DNA of 64,000 bases from Trypanosoma brucei (GCA_000002445.1 CH464492.1:96001-160000); one strand, 5' to 3'; shown: positions 23,132 to 36,411, numbered from the stretch's first letter. Translations and numbers: made by a program. Notes: generated by a model from the letters alone, not told the origin.

Positions 23132-25253
23132 TGTTTTCAGTTGGAACTTGCCCTCAGCTGTGCCAGTGCCTCTAAAAGTTTTATAAAAAATAAGACAAGC
23201 ATGCGGTTTGTTTTATGTAGAATATTTTGTGGTTTACAGAAGGGTCATAATTTTAGATATACCGCTTGCTGCACGTGATGGAGGATGTCCTACAAACTTT
23301 GTCGACTCATAGAAATGTTTTTTGTTCTGGCGATGGAGGAACCAAATGTGTAATATTCACAACTAATGCGTCACTTTCACATGGGCCTTAATTTTGTGGG
23401 TTGTTATTTTCCTGCACCACTTCCTACTTCAGCACGCTCCAGCACATGTGTTCTGTTTCAGTAGCCCTCCCTCCGCAGCTTTTGTTAACCGCTTCCGATC
23501 ACGTAGTGGAATTAAAGATGCTGTGCTTGAGGTGTCCACTGTCTTGGTCCGAGATGTAAAGAGATGCCTACTTGTGCAGTTTGCTTACCTGAAGTATGTT
23601 GAATGCCTGGTTTTTCTTTTGGTTTTCAGTTTTCCAAAATGCTTTCTGTTCGATAGCCTAAATCAAGTTAGACGGACATCAATTACGTAATTTGCTGGTA
23701 ACCAGTCTTGGTGATCCGCAGTTTTTCTCTACAAATCATTGAAAAGCTGCACTATCTGCCCGGTGATTTGTTGATCTTACGATTTCCTGTTTCTTACAAT
23801 CTGGAACTGATTCAATAGCGATATGCCGCAGTTTTTAAATTCAGGAGGTTCAATCATTTCTTTGGTGTGTTGTAATGTTCTAATTTTGTCCCCTCCCCTT
23901 TGCAGCCTTTTTCACCTTTGCATGTATTACACCTTTTCCGTTGCGTTCTAGCCAACAAACCTTGCTTTTTATTTTATTTTAGTTGGGTTTACCGCTGTTT
24001 AGTGGTCAACACATATAGGTGAGTGTGGTAGAAGCTGCTGTATTGCCGCTGTGAGTTATTCCATTACAGAGTCAAAAACAGTACAAGCTTCCTCTTGTTG
24101 TTTTTTCTGCGTTTCTAGTTGTAATGCATTCCCAGATTTCACATTTTGACCCATTTTTAATTCTCTTCTATGAAATGTTTAATCATTTCTCACTCTGCAT
24201 TATCTCAATATTTCCGTAAATTGTCAACGTCGCTCTGTCTATCTGAACTAACAGTTTTTATAGTTTTACATTTTTGAATTTGCTCAGGCATTTTGTTGGC
24301 AATCATATGGTGACTCTCTGAAGACATAACGCTTTATTCTGTCAGTATGCACAGTTTTTATTTTTTATTATTATCCGGGCTTTTTGAACATCTCTTGACC
24401 TCTTATTCTCCAATTTTGGTTTTATTTGAGAGTTTTCCCTGTATTTTCTTGATAAGCCCCATCAATGCCGCGTCGTTGTATACTCCTCCGTCAATTACTA
24501 GTGGCTAGACTGCTAAGATTTTTACCTACACCAATGTGGTAGTGGTGTTGTATCAACGGTGATTCTCGCAACTTCATATAAATAGGTCATGCTCTTCTAC
24601 AAGAGACAGTTTAGGTAGGTTAAGCGTTTTCATTTGATTTACTCACCGTGTGTATCCATTAGTAGCTTTCGTTTTAAAAGATTGTTGTCGACAGAAAAAA
24701 TATAATTTCACCCAAAAAATTTCGCCTCTTCTGCTCTAGATTGAGAGAAAAAGTCTTTGAAATGACCACACCCTTAGTCAATTCTTTCCTGTTGTTACTG
24801 CTTCTCACAGATAAATATTAGAATCAGAAATCAGATTAAAAACAACAGTTTTCACCATCTCTACAGCATAATATATCAATTTCTGCGAAAACTTAGGCGC
24901 ATTGTTTCTTCCTTATATATTATGTCTCTCTATACGGTGCTGTCATAGTAATTTTATTCCATTTTATTTCTTTTTTACCGGCTAGTGAAATTTTTTGCAA
25001 ATAACGCTGCTGGCACATTTATTCTGTACACTGGATACCTTCTCTCCACCATTTTCTCCTGTATCACTTCCTCGTCTGCAATAATTCTCATACTCTATTT
25101 CCATTTCTCTCTTTGTCTATTTGTGTGTCGCATAATACTATTCCTCGTTTTTTCCCACATACGGTCATATAGATTTCATCACATTGCACACTTGTCGGTT
25201 TTAAAGTGTCCCTACTCTCGACGAACGTTCAGTCTTCAACCACATCCTTACCG

Positions 25254-25315
25254 TAATATTAGTATATACACATTCCTTTTATCTATTATTATTATTATCA
25301 TTATCATTGCTATTA
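25254..25315 (-). repeat. Degenerate 70-bp-repeat remnant upstream of VSG-G
   Basis: TATATACACATTCCTTTTATCTATTATTATTATTATCATTATCATTGC. Confidence 0.5.
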
Positions 25316-25476
25316 AAATTATGACCCTAACAAATATCCATAAAATTTCCTATAATTGAGAAAACTTTATTAAAATTAAACCAAACCCACAAAAGAAGCA
25401 GCCATTACAACCAATTTCTTATTTGCGAAGAAACATGAAACTTTGCACTTTTTTCTTCCAATTTGTAGCTATCTTT

Positions 25477-26940
25477 TCAGTCTTTTTGCTCTTTCCCTGC
25501 ACATTTCTCCTCTTTTTCTCCATCATTCCCTCCTGTTTCTTGGTTTGCTTCTTTTGTTACTTCTTGTTTGGCATTCTCACTCAAGGTGCACTTTTTGTCC
25601 TTCTTTCCATCCTCTTTAAATGTGCACCCCTGGCCCTTTAACTTATCACATGCATTTTTGTCGTCTCCTGCTGCATTGCATTCTTTTTCGGCTTTGGCTT
25701 GATCTCTTCTGGTCCCAGCGGAGTTGGCTTGTCTTTGGTCCGCGTTGTCCTTTTGTTTTGCTGTATCTTCCTCTTTTATGTGCCACGAGTTGGCCCCAAC
25801 TTTCAGCGTTTTTTGCTTTATATTCTTTATCCGTTTGTCAAGTTCCGCTGCTTCCGCCACTGCCTGTTCCTGCTCTTCTAATTCTTCCGCTAGCGTTTCC
25901 AGTTGCTTTAACCAAGTTATCTTTCCCAGTTTAACTACACCGTTGGCTGCCCAGTCATCGACTTTGACACACAAGCCGTCGTTGTTTTTGCCGCCGCAGC
26001 TGTTTCCTGTTTCTGAGGCTCCTAGTACCCCTGCGGCGGCCTTGACTTTAATTGCAGATTCTAGGTCCTCGAGTATTGCCTTGATGTAGTTTGCCGTCAA
26101 TTTCTTCGGCGTCGCCTTGTTACAGAATGTTAGTGGTTCTGTTACGTCGGTGGAGGCCGGCGGGCTTGCAACTGTCCATTGTGCTGTTGCTATTTTCACT
26201 GTTGTGCCGCAAGCTCGGTCTTCTTGGTTGCTGTCTGCCTTTGCGCATAGGCACGCTATGAGGCCGGCTACTGATTTTACTTTGATCGATGCCGAATTGC
26301 CTGTGCAGGCGGCACTGTAGCTTGTACCGCCGCCCTGGAAAGCATCATTCTGGTCGACAGTGGCCGCTTTCTTGTCTTTGTTGCCATAAACTATTATTTT
26401 TAGCGTCTTCCCTGGGCTAGTTTTGACTTTGCTTAGTTCAGCTGCCAGTTCTTCCCTTCGAGTTTTGATTTGGTACGCTTTCTCTGTGAGTTGGCGCACT
26501 TCTGTTGTTACGGCCTGCTTTTGCGCCGGTGTTAGCGTTGAGAGCTTCATATCGTCGATTATTTTCAGGTTCTCCTTCTTTAATATATCCTGTGCTGCTT
26601 TGTGCCAGTGCTTCCAGTACGGCTCCCACTTGTTTTCCTTATTTACCGTTTCGGGTTGTGTTTTGTGGACATCGTTGTCCGCAGCGTTTTTCACAAACAT
26701 CTGCAGCCACTCAGGCGCCGACAGTGACATATTTAGCCTCATTATGTCTTCAAGGTCAGCGTCGTTTGCGGTTTCTGCTGTTGCATGTGGCGGGGTGTTC
26801 TCTGCTAGGGCCACTAATCTGCAGAGCAAGTTGAATTCGTTGGCGTTGTCCCCCGGGTTGACGTTCGAACAACCGAGGTTGGTCGTGGTTATAAACAAGG
26901 CAACATAGAGGCCTTTTAGAGGTATACCAGATTTCTGCAT
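25477..26940 (-). pseudogene. VSG-H, a B-type VSG with a premature TGA at a conserved C-terminal-domain Cys codon
   Basis: ORF 25477-27075. The true start is probably the internal Met at 26940 (MQKSGIPLKGLYVALFITTTNLG...NEFNLLCRLV). The ORF ends ...EKEEKCAGKEQKD-TGA where the VSG at 59520-59735 has [20 protein letters not shown]. The tail after the stop is degenerate. Confidence 0.75.
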
Positions 26941-27773
26941 CTCCGCTGCGCTGTTTGCCTGTCTATGTTCCTGTATATCGTTTTTTGCGTAGCTTTGTTG
27001 GCTTGACCCCTGTTCATGGTTTCGGATATCGGCACGATGGTAGAGAGTTGTGGATATAAAGAAAAAAAGGACCACAAGGAAACTCCCAGGTATCTTGCCT
27101 TTTATGTGCGGAAGCTGACTTTAGAGGTTGTGAAGCAGGTGCTGCTTGCAGTTTAGCAGTATCGAACTGAAAATCTGTAGAGTTTGAGTTATATTCCTTT
27201 CCAAAATTCAAAAACATCTTTATGCCTCAACTATAAAATATCATGCACTACCCCGCCAATAACCCTTTGAAAATAAATAGATCACGTCCACATTGCAACA
27301 CAACGGCTTTTGGACTTAATATTTTCCGACGCGATCCGAAGCTACGTAAAAATACAACTGCCACTATCTTTTCTGTTGCGTATAACTACTTTTTTGTAAA
27401 ATACGGCGGTGTCTTAACTTCACCCTCCTGTAGTATTTTCTTTACTCGTCAGCTGCTCTAACAGACACACCGTCATTTCTTTCTCCACTTTCTTTCGTTA
27501 ATTTTGGCTTCCTGTCACAGTTTATGCGGGTCACTTAGTTGCTGCGTCTACGAAGTACACTTCGTTATGTTCCTCCTTCATTAACACTTTTATTATTTAC
27601 TTGTGTATAATGATACCTATCGTCGTATTTTTGTTTACGTATACGGGTATTATAGCTCCGTATCTTCTTTCTTTCTTACTTACTCACTCACTCACTTAAT
27701 CATTTCAACCGCAATACTGTTTTAGGTTTCTTCTATTGTGAGTGATCTGTCATTAAGAACTGCCACTGTTACA

Positions 27774-27845
27774 ATTATATCAATATACACCCAGTCACAA
27801 CACTCTCCTGTCATTATCATTATTATCATTTCTATTATTAGTGTA
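27774..27845 (-). repeat. 70-bp-repeat unit upstream of VSG-H
   Basis: ATATCAATATACACCCAGTCACAACACTCTCCTGTCATTATCATTATTATC. Confidence 0.7.
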
Positions 27846-28162
27846 ATTACAAATTATAATTATAATCCTAACTAATATTTATAGAGTAAATAATAAAAAT
27901 AGTAAATTGCACAAGAGCATTCATCTTTCTCACCGTATTACTTTACTAATTTTTACCTATAGGCCACTGTTATACACATTTTACTAACTTTCACATTTTC
28001 ATCACAAAGTGTTGAGATATAGCAAAATTTAGAGAATCTGTTAAAGTATAATATTTTCAAAAAAGTTATAATCCTACCAAATTCACAAAAGCAGAATCAA
28101 TTAGAGCAAATATCATATTTTATGAAGAAACTGAAATCTTTGCAAGTTTCGCCTTTCCATTT

Positions 28163-29578
28163 TCAGCCAAGAGCATTGGTGAATTCGCCTTCTAATTTCC
28201 CCTTGCATTTATCTGTTTTCGTTGCCACAGCTCCATCTGTAAACTGTTTTTTCTGCTCCTCTGGCTTAGCTTTGCACGCGCTTTCCCCCTTTTCCTCAGT
28301 TCCTTCCCATTTGCAACCATTCTCTTCGCATGTCTTTTTTGGTTTGTATTGTTTGCATTCGTCGCTTGTCTCGCTGTTTCCTGCCGGTGTCGGGGCACCG
28401 CCGGTGACTTGTATTGGTGGAGCGGCTGTTACAGTCTTCGCTGCGTCTATGGCTGCTTGCAGTTGAGTTTCGAGCAATGCAAGCTCCTTTTTTATTGCCC
28501 GTGCTCTCTGTGTTGCCTCGCGACTCTGCCTTAGCGCAGTCACTGTTTCTCCTACGGTTTTGACCCATGCCATGGAATCAAACAGTGTGCTTGTTCCGCG
28601 TTTGTCATTTGTATATTTTACGCAGAAACCTGTGTTTTGCGACGCTTGACATCCTGTTTGTCTGTACGCTCCGAGGTATGCGTGCGAGTCGTCTGTTTTG
28701 ATGGCGGCTTTTATTGATTGTAGGGTGCTGTCTAAAATTTCTTCAGGCTTTTCCGATGTCACTTTGTGTGTGCAGTGCTTTGCTAGGGTTGTCCATTGAG
28801 TTGCTGCGCCCGTTTGTCCGTCTGACCACTGGCTGAGTTCTGTCTGCGGGTTGACGCATACTGTTTTTAGGTTTGCTCCTCCGGCGCAGACACAGATGAT
28901 GGTGCCCGATATGGTTTCCGTTACCTTGTCGGCGGCTGTATTTTCGCAGCACGCCTGTGCGGTGTCTTTACCCGCCCCTTTGAAAACCTCCGCGCCGACC
29001 AATGGGCCTGCTGCTGTCCTGTCCGCTCCATACGCTGCAATCTTAAGGTTCTTCGCTGCGTTTTTGGCTGCGTCTGCTTGTTCGACGACCTTCAGCATTT
29101 TGAGTTCGCTCGCTAGTTCTGCGCTTTTAGATGCAATTACTCTGAGTTTCCTGGAAAGATAAAGTTTCTGGTGTTGCTCCAGCTGTAGCGCACCTCTGTT
29201 TTTTAGCTTTTGTTGTTGCTTGTCCGAGGCGTGAGCCTGAGCTGCTTTAAGCCACCTTGGCCACTGGGCCGACCAGGTTTTATGGCTCGAGAAGTTTGTT
29301 GGTACCGTTTGCTGCCAGTCGTCCTCACCTGTACCGCTCTTGAAGATACTTTGCCAGTCGGGTGTGCTGAAGGACATGTTTAGTTGCTGAATTTCGGCGT
29401 CTATTGCGTTTGTTTCTTCTGCTTCGCTGCCGATCTCTATTTTTGCTTCTGCTACTCCGATTAAGGTACAGAGTTGGTTGAACAGCTGTGCGTTTTCTCC
29501 GGCAGCTACGTTTCCTGTGCTCGACTGAGAAACGCAAGCGACCATCAGCAGTGCCATCACTGCTATGCTTTGTTGCAT
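28163..29578 (-). CDS. VSG-I, a B-type VSG (471-aa single ORF) whose C-terminal domain is frameshifted and lacks an in-frame GPI signal
   Basis: Starts MQQSIAVMALLMVACVSQSSTG...AQLFNQLCTLIG. The ORF ends ...KCKGKLEGEFTNALG, while KWKGETCKDFSFFIKYDICSN lies in another frame downstream. Confidence 0.75.
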   Translation of the reverse strand: MQQSIAVMALLMVACVSQSSTGNVAAGENAQLFNQLCTLIGVAEAKIEIGSEAEETNAIDAEIQQLNMSFSTPDWQSIFKSGTGEDDWQQTVPTNFSSHKTWSAQWPRWLKAAQAHASDKQQQKLKNRGALQLEQHQKLYLSRKLRVIASKSAELASELKMLKVVEQADAAKNAAKNLKIAAYGADRTAAGPLVGAEVFKGAGKDTAQACCENTAADKVTETISGTIICVCAGGANLKTVCVNPQTELSQWSDGQTGAATQWTTLAKHCTHKVTSEKPEEILDSTLQSIKAAIKTDDSHAYLGAYRQTGCQASQNTGFCVKYTNDKRGTSTLFDSMAWVKTVGETVTALRQSREATQRARAIKKELALLETQLQAAIDAAKTVTAAPPIQVTGGAPTPAGNSETSDECKQYKPKKTCEENGCKWEGTEEKGESACKAKPEEQKKQFTDGAVATKTDKCKGKLEGEFTNALG

Positions 29579-31312
29579 TGGTGCTTTTGGATGAAAGATG
29601 CTCTTGTGTCTCTTAAAAGTTTGAAATCCTTGCCTGTGCTGACTATATCAATGGCAGGTAGTGGGTGCGAAAGAGATATTTCCAAAAACGCTGTACGGCT
29701 TAGTTTCTAAGTTGAAAATTCACAATATGTTACAAATCGCCTCATTTTTCGCGTTTTATGGATTCTGTCGCTAGGGCGTCTTGTTTCCTCGGAGTTTTTT
29801 ACTGAGTCATATTACTCGTTTTGTTACTACCTTTTCTTCAATGTTCCCACAATCTATCCCAAATCACTGCCAACCAATTTACGTCCTTTTCCATTCTATA
29901 CTCTTCTGGTGTCGACCGTTTAGAGTATCTCGTTTTCAGTGGTCACACCCTTCTTTCTATTGAATTGCCATTTACAATCAACAGTTGATCAGCGTTATGC
30001 ATCTACACGGAAGCCCTGTTGCTATTTAAAGAGTTAATTCTACCCATTTTGTATAACATTGTACCATATATCCTCTAGTGGAGCCGCTAACTTTCGTCTA
30101 CTGTTGTGCTTCTGCGCAATTAAAACTTTGATATTGAAACTTATCACGATTCCTTCCTCTTCTAAACCCTCTTATTTATAGTGTTTGTTACTTCTTGTGT
30201 CTGACCACTTTTTCCGCAATTCTATCCTTGCAAATTTTTAAGGTGCCGCACATATTTCTGTAGTTGTATACTCAAATTTTATTGATTTTTATTTGATCCA
30301 TTTACTTGTGGCCTGGCGTCGGTACGCCATGCTTAAGTAGCAATATAACACCTCTATTTTGTGCGTGTACACGTTCTTTGTTTCGTTTAATTCAACAGCT
30401 GGTTTGATTTGGGCAGCTTGCGGCCGAGACTCGATATATCAGTTCCGATAACCAATATGTGTTTTGCTTTGCGGCATTTAGTTACTGAAGTACATTTTGG
30501 TAGACCCTTAACCTTTTGTGAATTGTACACTTTTTAAGTACTGTCAATTAATTTCTTGTTTCTCAGTATGGGATTCGCTGATAGTGACAAACAACGATTT
30601 ATGAATCATAAAGTTCGTCTAACGATTCATATATCTGTTATTTTAAGCAAAGTTAGCGTTTTTGCTCTCCCTTTGGTGGCCAGTTCAATAAATTAGTAGT
30701 CCAAGTTTTAAAATCATCTACCAAATAATTTTATATCTTTGTTTACAAATGTTGTCCATTATTGCTTGATATGACAAGAAAACGACTTCCACATTACCTC
30801 CCACATACCCAATCCCTTTCTCCTTCATCTTGTGATCCGTTTCTGTTATACACCATGTTCCTCCACAAATTAAAAGCCACAATAGTCATCATTTCTGCAG
30901 TAAAACCAATCCCTGTTTGTGTGAAATACTGGAATCATTATTAATCTATTCTCTTTCTGTACTATATAGATCTTTTCTGTGGCGGTCTGGTGTCGATTAT
31001 GTTGTTTCATTATGTTGGTAACATTTTTGTTTACTACATCTAGCGTGTTGTACAATGTAGTGACCCCATCTGGACTTCACTATCTGCTCTGTCTCAACCG
31101 AATTTCCTCCTCCTCTGCTGATATGAAGATGGTCATAGCCATGTTTATGTTTGAGTGTGAGCATATTTCATCTCATCTTCTGCGTGACTTGCTGCTTTTC
31201 CTTTAATAACATCGCCGTTAAACTCTTTAAGCACTCCCATTTTCTTACTTTCTCCAGTTGATTTAAGTGATTCAGTTTTATTATTGCATATTTTTTCACA
31301 ACTACTCTTTTT

Positions 31313-31380
31313 GATAATATTAGTATATACGCATTCAGAACACTCTTCTATCATTATCATTATTGGTCATATAATCATTA
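31313..31380 (-). repeat. Degenerate 70-bp-repeat unit upstream of VSG-I
   Basis: TATTAGTATATACGCATTCAGAACACTCTTCTATCATTATCATTATTGG. Confidence 0.6.
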
Positions 31381-31587
31381 TAGCCCTGACTAATATCAGC
31401 AAAATAAACAAAAGACAGATTTAGAAGAGTTAATAATTGCATTTTTTTTCGTACTTTACCCCCTTACTACTTTGTACCCATTTTTCACCGTTCTACATTT
31501 TTTCATGCTTTTTAGTTTTTTTTAATATTTACACATTTTCATCAAAGGTTGTCAAAATGTATCAAATATTAGCAAATTTTGTAAATT

Positions 31588-33102
31588 TCATAGACTTAAT
31601 AACTTTGAGAAATTTTTTTCAGAAAAATAATTATAGAAGAAAAATGCAAGCAAAAGAGGTTGTTTAACTACAATGTAATTGCTCCCTGTTGTATTTTTAG
31701 TGCCAGTTTTCCAAACTGCTGCTGCCACTTTAGTCTTGCACTTCCCGTCTTTGAATTCACACCCATATTTTATGTTACATTTAGTTTCGTCAGTTTCTCC
31801 CTTGCAATCTTTTGAATATTTGCCGCCAACTTCTACAGCTGCTTTGTTTTTATTTAGCGCCTGGGGCTCCTTGCGGTTCCATTTTACCTCACCATTACTT
31901 AGTGCTGCAATTGTTTCTTCACCTTCGGCGACGTCTTTTATATTCTTGGTCTCTGTGTCCCACGCTTTTAGGACTTCAGTTTGTTCCGTTTTTAGATTTT
32001 CCAGAAAATTTGCCTTAAACTGCCTGTTGTCGCTGCCGAGGTTGTCTTTTAAATATTTGGTCAGCTCCACTTCTGTTAGATCGGCAGCAGTGTGTTGTAT
32101 CTTGTGTGATTGCGGTATGCAGTTTCGCGCAAACAACCTTAAGCTCATCATCTGGGCGAGGGTCTTGCCTGAAAAAGCTTCCGGATCGCTGTAGTACGGG
32201 TGTTGTTGCTTGGTGGCTACGCATAATGTGTAAAGCACAGCTTGTTTTCTGTTGTGTTTTGCGTCGGCCGTCTCGGCTGTTTGTTTGCAAGGTTGTGCCG
32301 GTTCGTCGTTTGCGTAGAGGCTTTCTTCGGTCGAGACGTTGGTATAGGCTGGTGCAGACCGGGCGTCGGATGTTAGTGTGCGGGCTCTGTTCTATCCGGC
32401 GCAACTTTTAAACACATTTTGCAGGGTCTGAGTTTCTGCTGCTTGATTGCCTTGGCATAAGGTGAATGCGTCCAGCTGTATGGTGGCTTTGTGGAACTGT
32501 TTGTGCAGCGCAGTCGGGTCTGAAAGTTTGATCTTGGCAAGCTTGTCCCAGTCGATCGCTGTTTTTCCTGCTTCGACCTCGGTGACGGTTTTGGGTTGCT
32601 TGCATGTTGGTGTCCCTGAATCAGCGAGGCTGAGTGTGAGCTTTACAGTATTTCGGTCAGGGTTTGAGTGTTTATTAGCCACTTCAACTATTTTTCTGTT
32701 TGCTGTTTGTTGCATTGCTTCCAGTAGTCCGCGGTGGCGTGCTATTGCCAGTCGGGCATCTGTTGCTGCTTGGCCGAGATTTTGGCGGCTTGCCTCTATT
32801 TTCCGCAGTTCGGTGATTAGTTGTTCGCTTAGGGCGTGATAAAGACATCTTTTTGTTGGGTCCTCTACCGCTGCTGCCGCTCTTTTCCAGCTGTTCGCTT
32901 GTGATTTGTTTCTTGCCTTGGCTGGAGAACCAGAGGTCCCTACCTGTTGCAGCCGTTTGTCAAGTTCTCCTAGGAAATAGATTTCTTGGCAGATATTTTC
33001 CACTGCGCTTGCAACTTCTTCGTTTGTGGAAATGACAGCTGCTTCTGCTGCCATTAGTATTAGCAAAGCTTTGGCTACTGTTATGCGTGGCATCGTCTGC
33101 AA
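31588..33102 (-). pseudogene. VSG-J, a VSG pseudogene with a frame break between its N-terminal and C-terminal parts and a frameshift in the GPI signal
   Basis: The N-terminal ORF 32392-33102 starts MPRITVAKALLILMAAEAAVISTNEE. The C-terminal ORF 31588-32238 ends ...GCEFKDGKCKTKVAAAVWKTGTKNTTGSNYIVVKQPLLLAFFFYNYFSEKNFSKLLSL. The stop is lost through a 1-nt deletion relative to the VSG-E tail. Confidence 0.8.
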
Positions 33103-34536
33103 TAATAAAATGGCAGTGGAGTATTTTGTTGCTGTCGCTTTGTGGTAACATTTGGGTTGTTTACAGCTTGAAACTAGTGCTTGACTTTAACGGCTTGTCC
33201 TCACATAAAGCAGTCATCTGTGATGTTCTGGTGTCCGTTGTTGCTTATATTTTGGTTGACAACTTCCTGTTTCTTGTTTCTGGTATTTTTTATTGTTTTC
33301 GAATTATGTAATAAAGTCCTCTATAGAGATTTTCTGAAGCTAGGCATCGGCTCTTATCTGCTTTAGTCCGACAAAAGTTTACTAAAGTATTCTTTTCATC
33401 TCTCTAGTCGCGACAACTACATCTTTTGGCCTTGCATTTTATTTTCCGAAACTATTGGATCGATTCGAATGGAACCTTTTTAACAAAATAAATTAGTTAA
33501 GCCGAGGAATCTTCACTTCAAGGTCTAATCTATAGCATTCTACATCTATAAACATATGTCATTTATCCGCTGCAGTTGGTTTCAGCGGCTAATGATCATG
33601 CGTTACCGCTATGACTTGTAATAACAAGTTAACGGCGCTGCTTCCCTTATAAGCACTTCTTTTTGTCCTTTTTGTAGTATTCGCCGCTGTTGTGTAGCAC
33701 AATCGCTTTTTCTTTGTAATTTGTTGTCCAAGAGTAATTTTTTTTCTGTTTTTTGTTCTGATTTGTGTTGGTAATCTGTGTCTGGGATTATCATTATACT
33801 GATCACCCATTCATTGAAAGTCCCTGATGTCTCGCACTGTATAAATATGAAATTGATGGATTATCAGCATTGGTTGTATTCTTTTCATAAACCTCCATTA
33901 GCACTTCATATACGCACCATTTTAGTCATTTTCCGTGTCTTATTCGTGTTTTGTCCTCGACAGAAATTTATTAGTAGTCACAAATTTAAAATCTTCGCCT
34001 CTATGTTATTACATTTTATGCAACAAATATTTCTCGTTATTACAATATCTTATTGAAAATTTTTGTCACTACATACTTATTCAACACATTCTACCCCGTT
34101 CTTCTTCAGCCCATCTGGATATTGGTAATTTTCATCATATTAAAAGACACAGTCCATTCATTTCCTCGTGAGCTACAGGGCATCATTAACTCCCCCTGTA
34201 TCATTCTTTCTTGTGCTCTGCGTTATTCCGTTGTTTCATTAAAACTTTTCTTTCTTCCTTTTTCATATACTGGTATTATCACTGAGGATTACTAAGCTAC
34301 TTCATTTGGCTTATACACTAGACTCTCTCTTTATGATCGTCCCTTTCATTACCTCGTTTTGTGTGATGGTAGATATCATCATATTTGTGTTTAAAATGGC
34401 GCATACTACATTTCATTTTATTTTTTTCTCTTTTCCGGTACCAAAATCACTTGATTACTTTAATAACATCCTTACCATTGTTGTAACTACTTTTATTATG
34501 GCGCTGTATTTAGTCTTCACCGCAACTTTTATTAAA

Positions 34537-34590
34537 ATATTAGTATGTGAACACTTTGAGCTATCTTCTGTCATTGTTATTATTGATATA
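34537..34590 (-). repeat. Very degenerate 70-bp-repeat remnant upstream of VSG-J
   Basis: GTATGTGAACACTTTGAGCTATCTTCTGTCATTGTTATTATTG. Weak call. Confidence 0.35.
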
Positions 34591-34920
34591 ACGCCAAATT
34601 ACTCCTAATATCCATAGTATAAACAAATTAATAAAATAACTCAAGTTATCATATTACTTTTTTTTATTACGTCTCACTCATACTTTATACCCATATGCTA
34701 TCATTACGCATAATTTACTATTTTTTTCATTTAAAAAAAATTTTCAACAATTTTCAAAAGTTTGACGAAAAGAGTTAAATTCTCTAAATTTTCACAAAAT
34801 TTCTAAAATTTCATAAAATTGAGCAGAAATCCTTAAAGTGCTAAAATGTTACCAAACTTATAATAGAAGCAGCTATACTCAGAGCCAATTCTTATTTACG
34901 ATAAAACTGGAATTCTTTAA

Positions 34921-36411
34921 CTATCTTCCTTCCAACTTACAATCCGAAGATTTGCATTCTTTCTCTGGTTTCCCTTTGCATATCTCTGTTGTTGTTTCAG
35001 TTCCTACTCCCGTTTGAGTTTGTGTTACAGAAACTCCTTTTTCTTTCGCTTTTGTTGAATTATATTTGCATTTTTTGTCACTTTTTTCTTTCGAATCATA
35101 AGTACAGAAATTCTTGGCATCGCAATCAGCTTGGCTGGCATGGTGTGCTTCACATTCTGTTTTGAGGCTTGCTGCACTTGGATGTTGCGGGGTTGTCTGA
35201 GCTGCTGTTACGGAGATCGGTTGTGGTGCTGTAAGTGCCCTTAATGTTGCAGCAAGTCCATAAGTTGTGTCTCTGATGGCGACTATTTGGTTTGCTAGTA
35301 GCGCCGCTTGTGCTGTGGCTTGTTCGTTTTCGCGGAGCTGCTCCGTTAGGCTCTCCAGGTCGTCTAGCCATTTCAGCTTGCCTTTGTGCGTTGTCGGGTC
35401 GTTAGTATAGCCATTGAGCTTGACGCAGACGCCAGTGGCCGCCGTGCCGGTGCAGCTGCCATTTTCCGTTTCTCCAAGGTAGCCGTTGTTGTTGATTATC
35501 CTGATACTGTTTCGTACCTGTGTTGTGATTTGGCCTAGCCAGTTGCTTGTGATTGGCTTTTTCTCGGCGCTTGGGCATGCCTTAAGTAGATCGCCGGCGG
35601 CGGTGTCCAGGTTTTGTTGGCTTGCGCTGTTCCATTTGTTTGTGTTTGGCATGTTGCGGCCGCATGGCCTTGGTGGTGCGTCACCGTTGTCCTGAATACA
35701 AAGGCATGCTAGCGTCGCCGCTGCCGAAGTCGCTTTGTCATCGGCGCAGGTTGTCTGGCGGGTTTGGTCGTACCCTGTGAAAGCCTTCGCTGTTTCGAAC
35801 ACCGGTTCTGTTGCCTTTTCTCCGTATGCTGCTTTTAGTAACCGGTCTTTGATTTGTTGTGTCGTCAGAGCATTCGCTTTTGACAGCACCGTCAGCCGCT
35901 GTTTTTGTAGATTTAAAGCTAGTGCAAGCGCTTTTGCTGTTTCGATGTGCATCGCCTGTTTTTGGTGTGGTGCTAGGCTATCATGCGCTGCGTCCTTAAT
36001 GTGCTGTGGCGTTGTTTTTGGGTCGCCGGTTTGTTTGAAAGCGGCTACCCAGTGCTGCCAGGCTTCTTGCCAGTTGCTGTTGACGTCTGTGGGTTTTAAT
36101 GAAAAATATGCTGCTACTTTCTCTTTGTCAAAAGTCGCCGCTGCGTTTTTGAATTTGTCCCGCCATTCTTTGGGCGACGTTGTAAAATTTAATTCGTGCA
36201 GCTCGGTGATAGCTGTTGCCGGGTCTTGGGCCGCTGTTGGAATGTCGCCAGCTATTTTGGACGCACTTACAAGCGCACATAGTTGATGAAAATACAATGC
36301 GTTGTCCGCTTCAGCTACGTTGGCACTTATTGACGGGACGAATATAGCTGCTAGTGCTGATATGGCGATTACGGCCGGCACCTTGTCAGCTTTCATTTTC
36401 TCCTCCTTCAA
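34921..36411 (-). CDS. VSG-K, a B-type VSG (496-aa single ORF) with a degenerate GPI-signal region
   Basis: Starts MKEEKMKADKVPAVIAISALAAIFVPSISANVAEADNALYFHQLCALV and ends ...CKGKPEKECKSSDCKLEGR-stop. Downstream, ...KEFQFYRK-stop-ELALSIAASII looks like a decayed GPI signal in another frame. Confidence 0.8.
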   Translation of the reverse strand: MKEEKMKADKVPAVIAISALAAIFVPSISANVAEADNALYFHQLCALVSASKIAGDIPTAAQDPATAITELHELNFTTSPKEWRDKFKNAAATFDKEKVAAYFSLKPTDVNSNWQEAWQHWVAAFKQTGDPKTTPQHIKDAAHDSLAPHQKQAMHIETAKALALALNLQKQRLTVLSKANALTTQQIKDRLLKAAYGEKATEPVFETAKAFTGYDQTRQTTCADDKATSAAATLACLCIQDNGDAPPRPCGRNMPNTNKWNSASQQNLDTAAGDLLKACPSAEKKPITSNWLGQITTQVRNSIRIINNNGYLGETENGSCTGTAATGVCVKLNGYTNDPTTHKGKLKWLDDLESLTEQLRENEQATAQAALLANQIVAIRDTTYGLAATLRALTAPQPISVTAAQTTPQHPSAASLKTECEAHHASQADCDAKNFCTYDSKEKSDKKCKYNSTKAKEKGVSVTQTQTGVGTETTTEICKGKPEKECKSSDCKLEGR

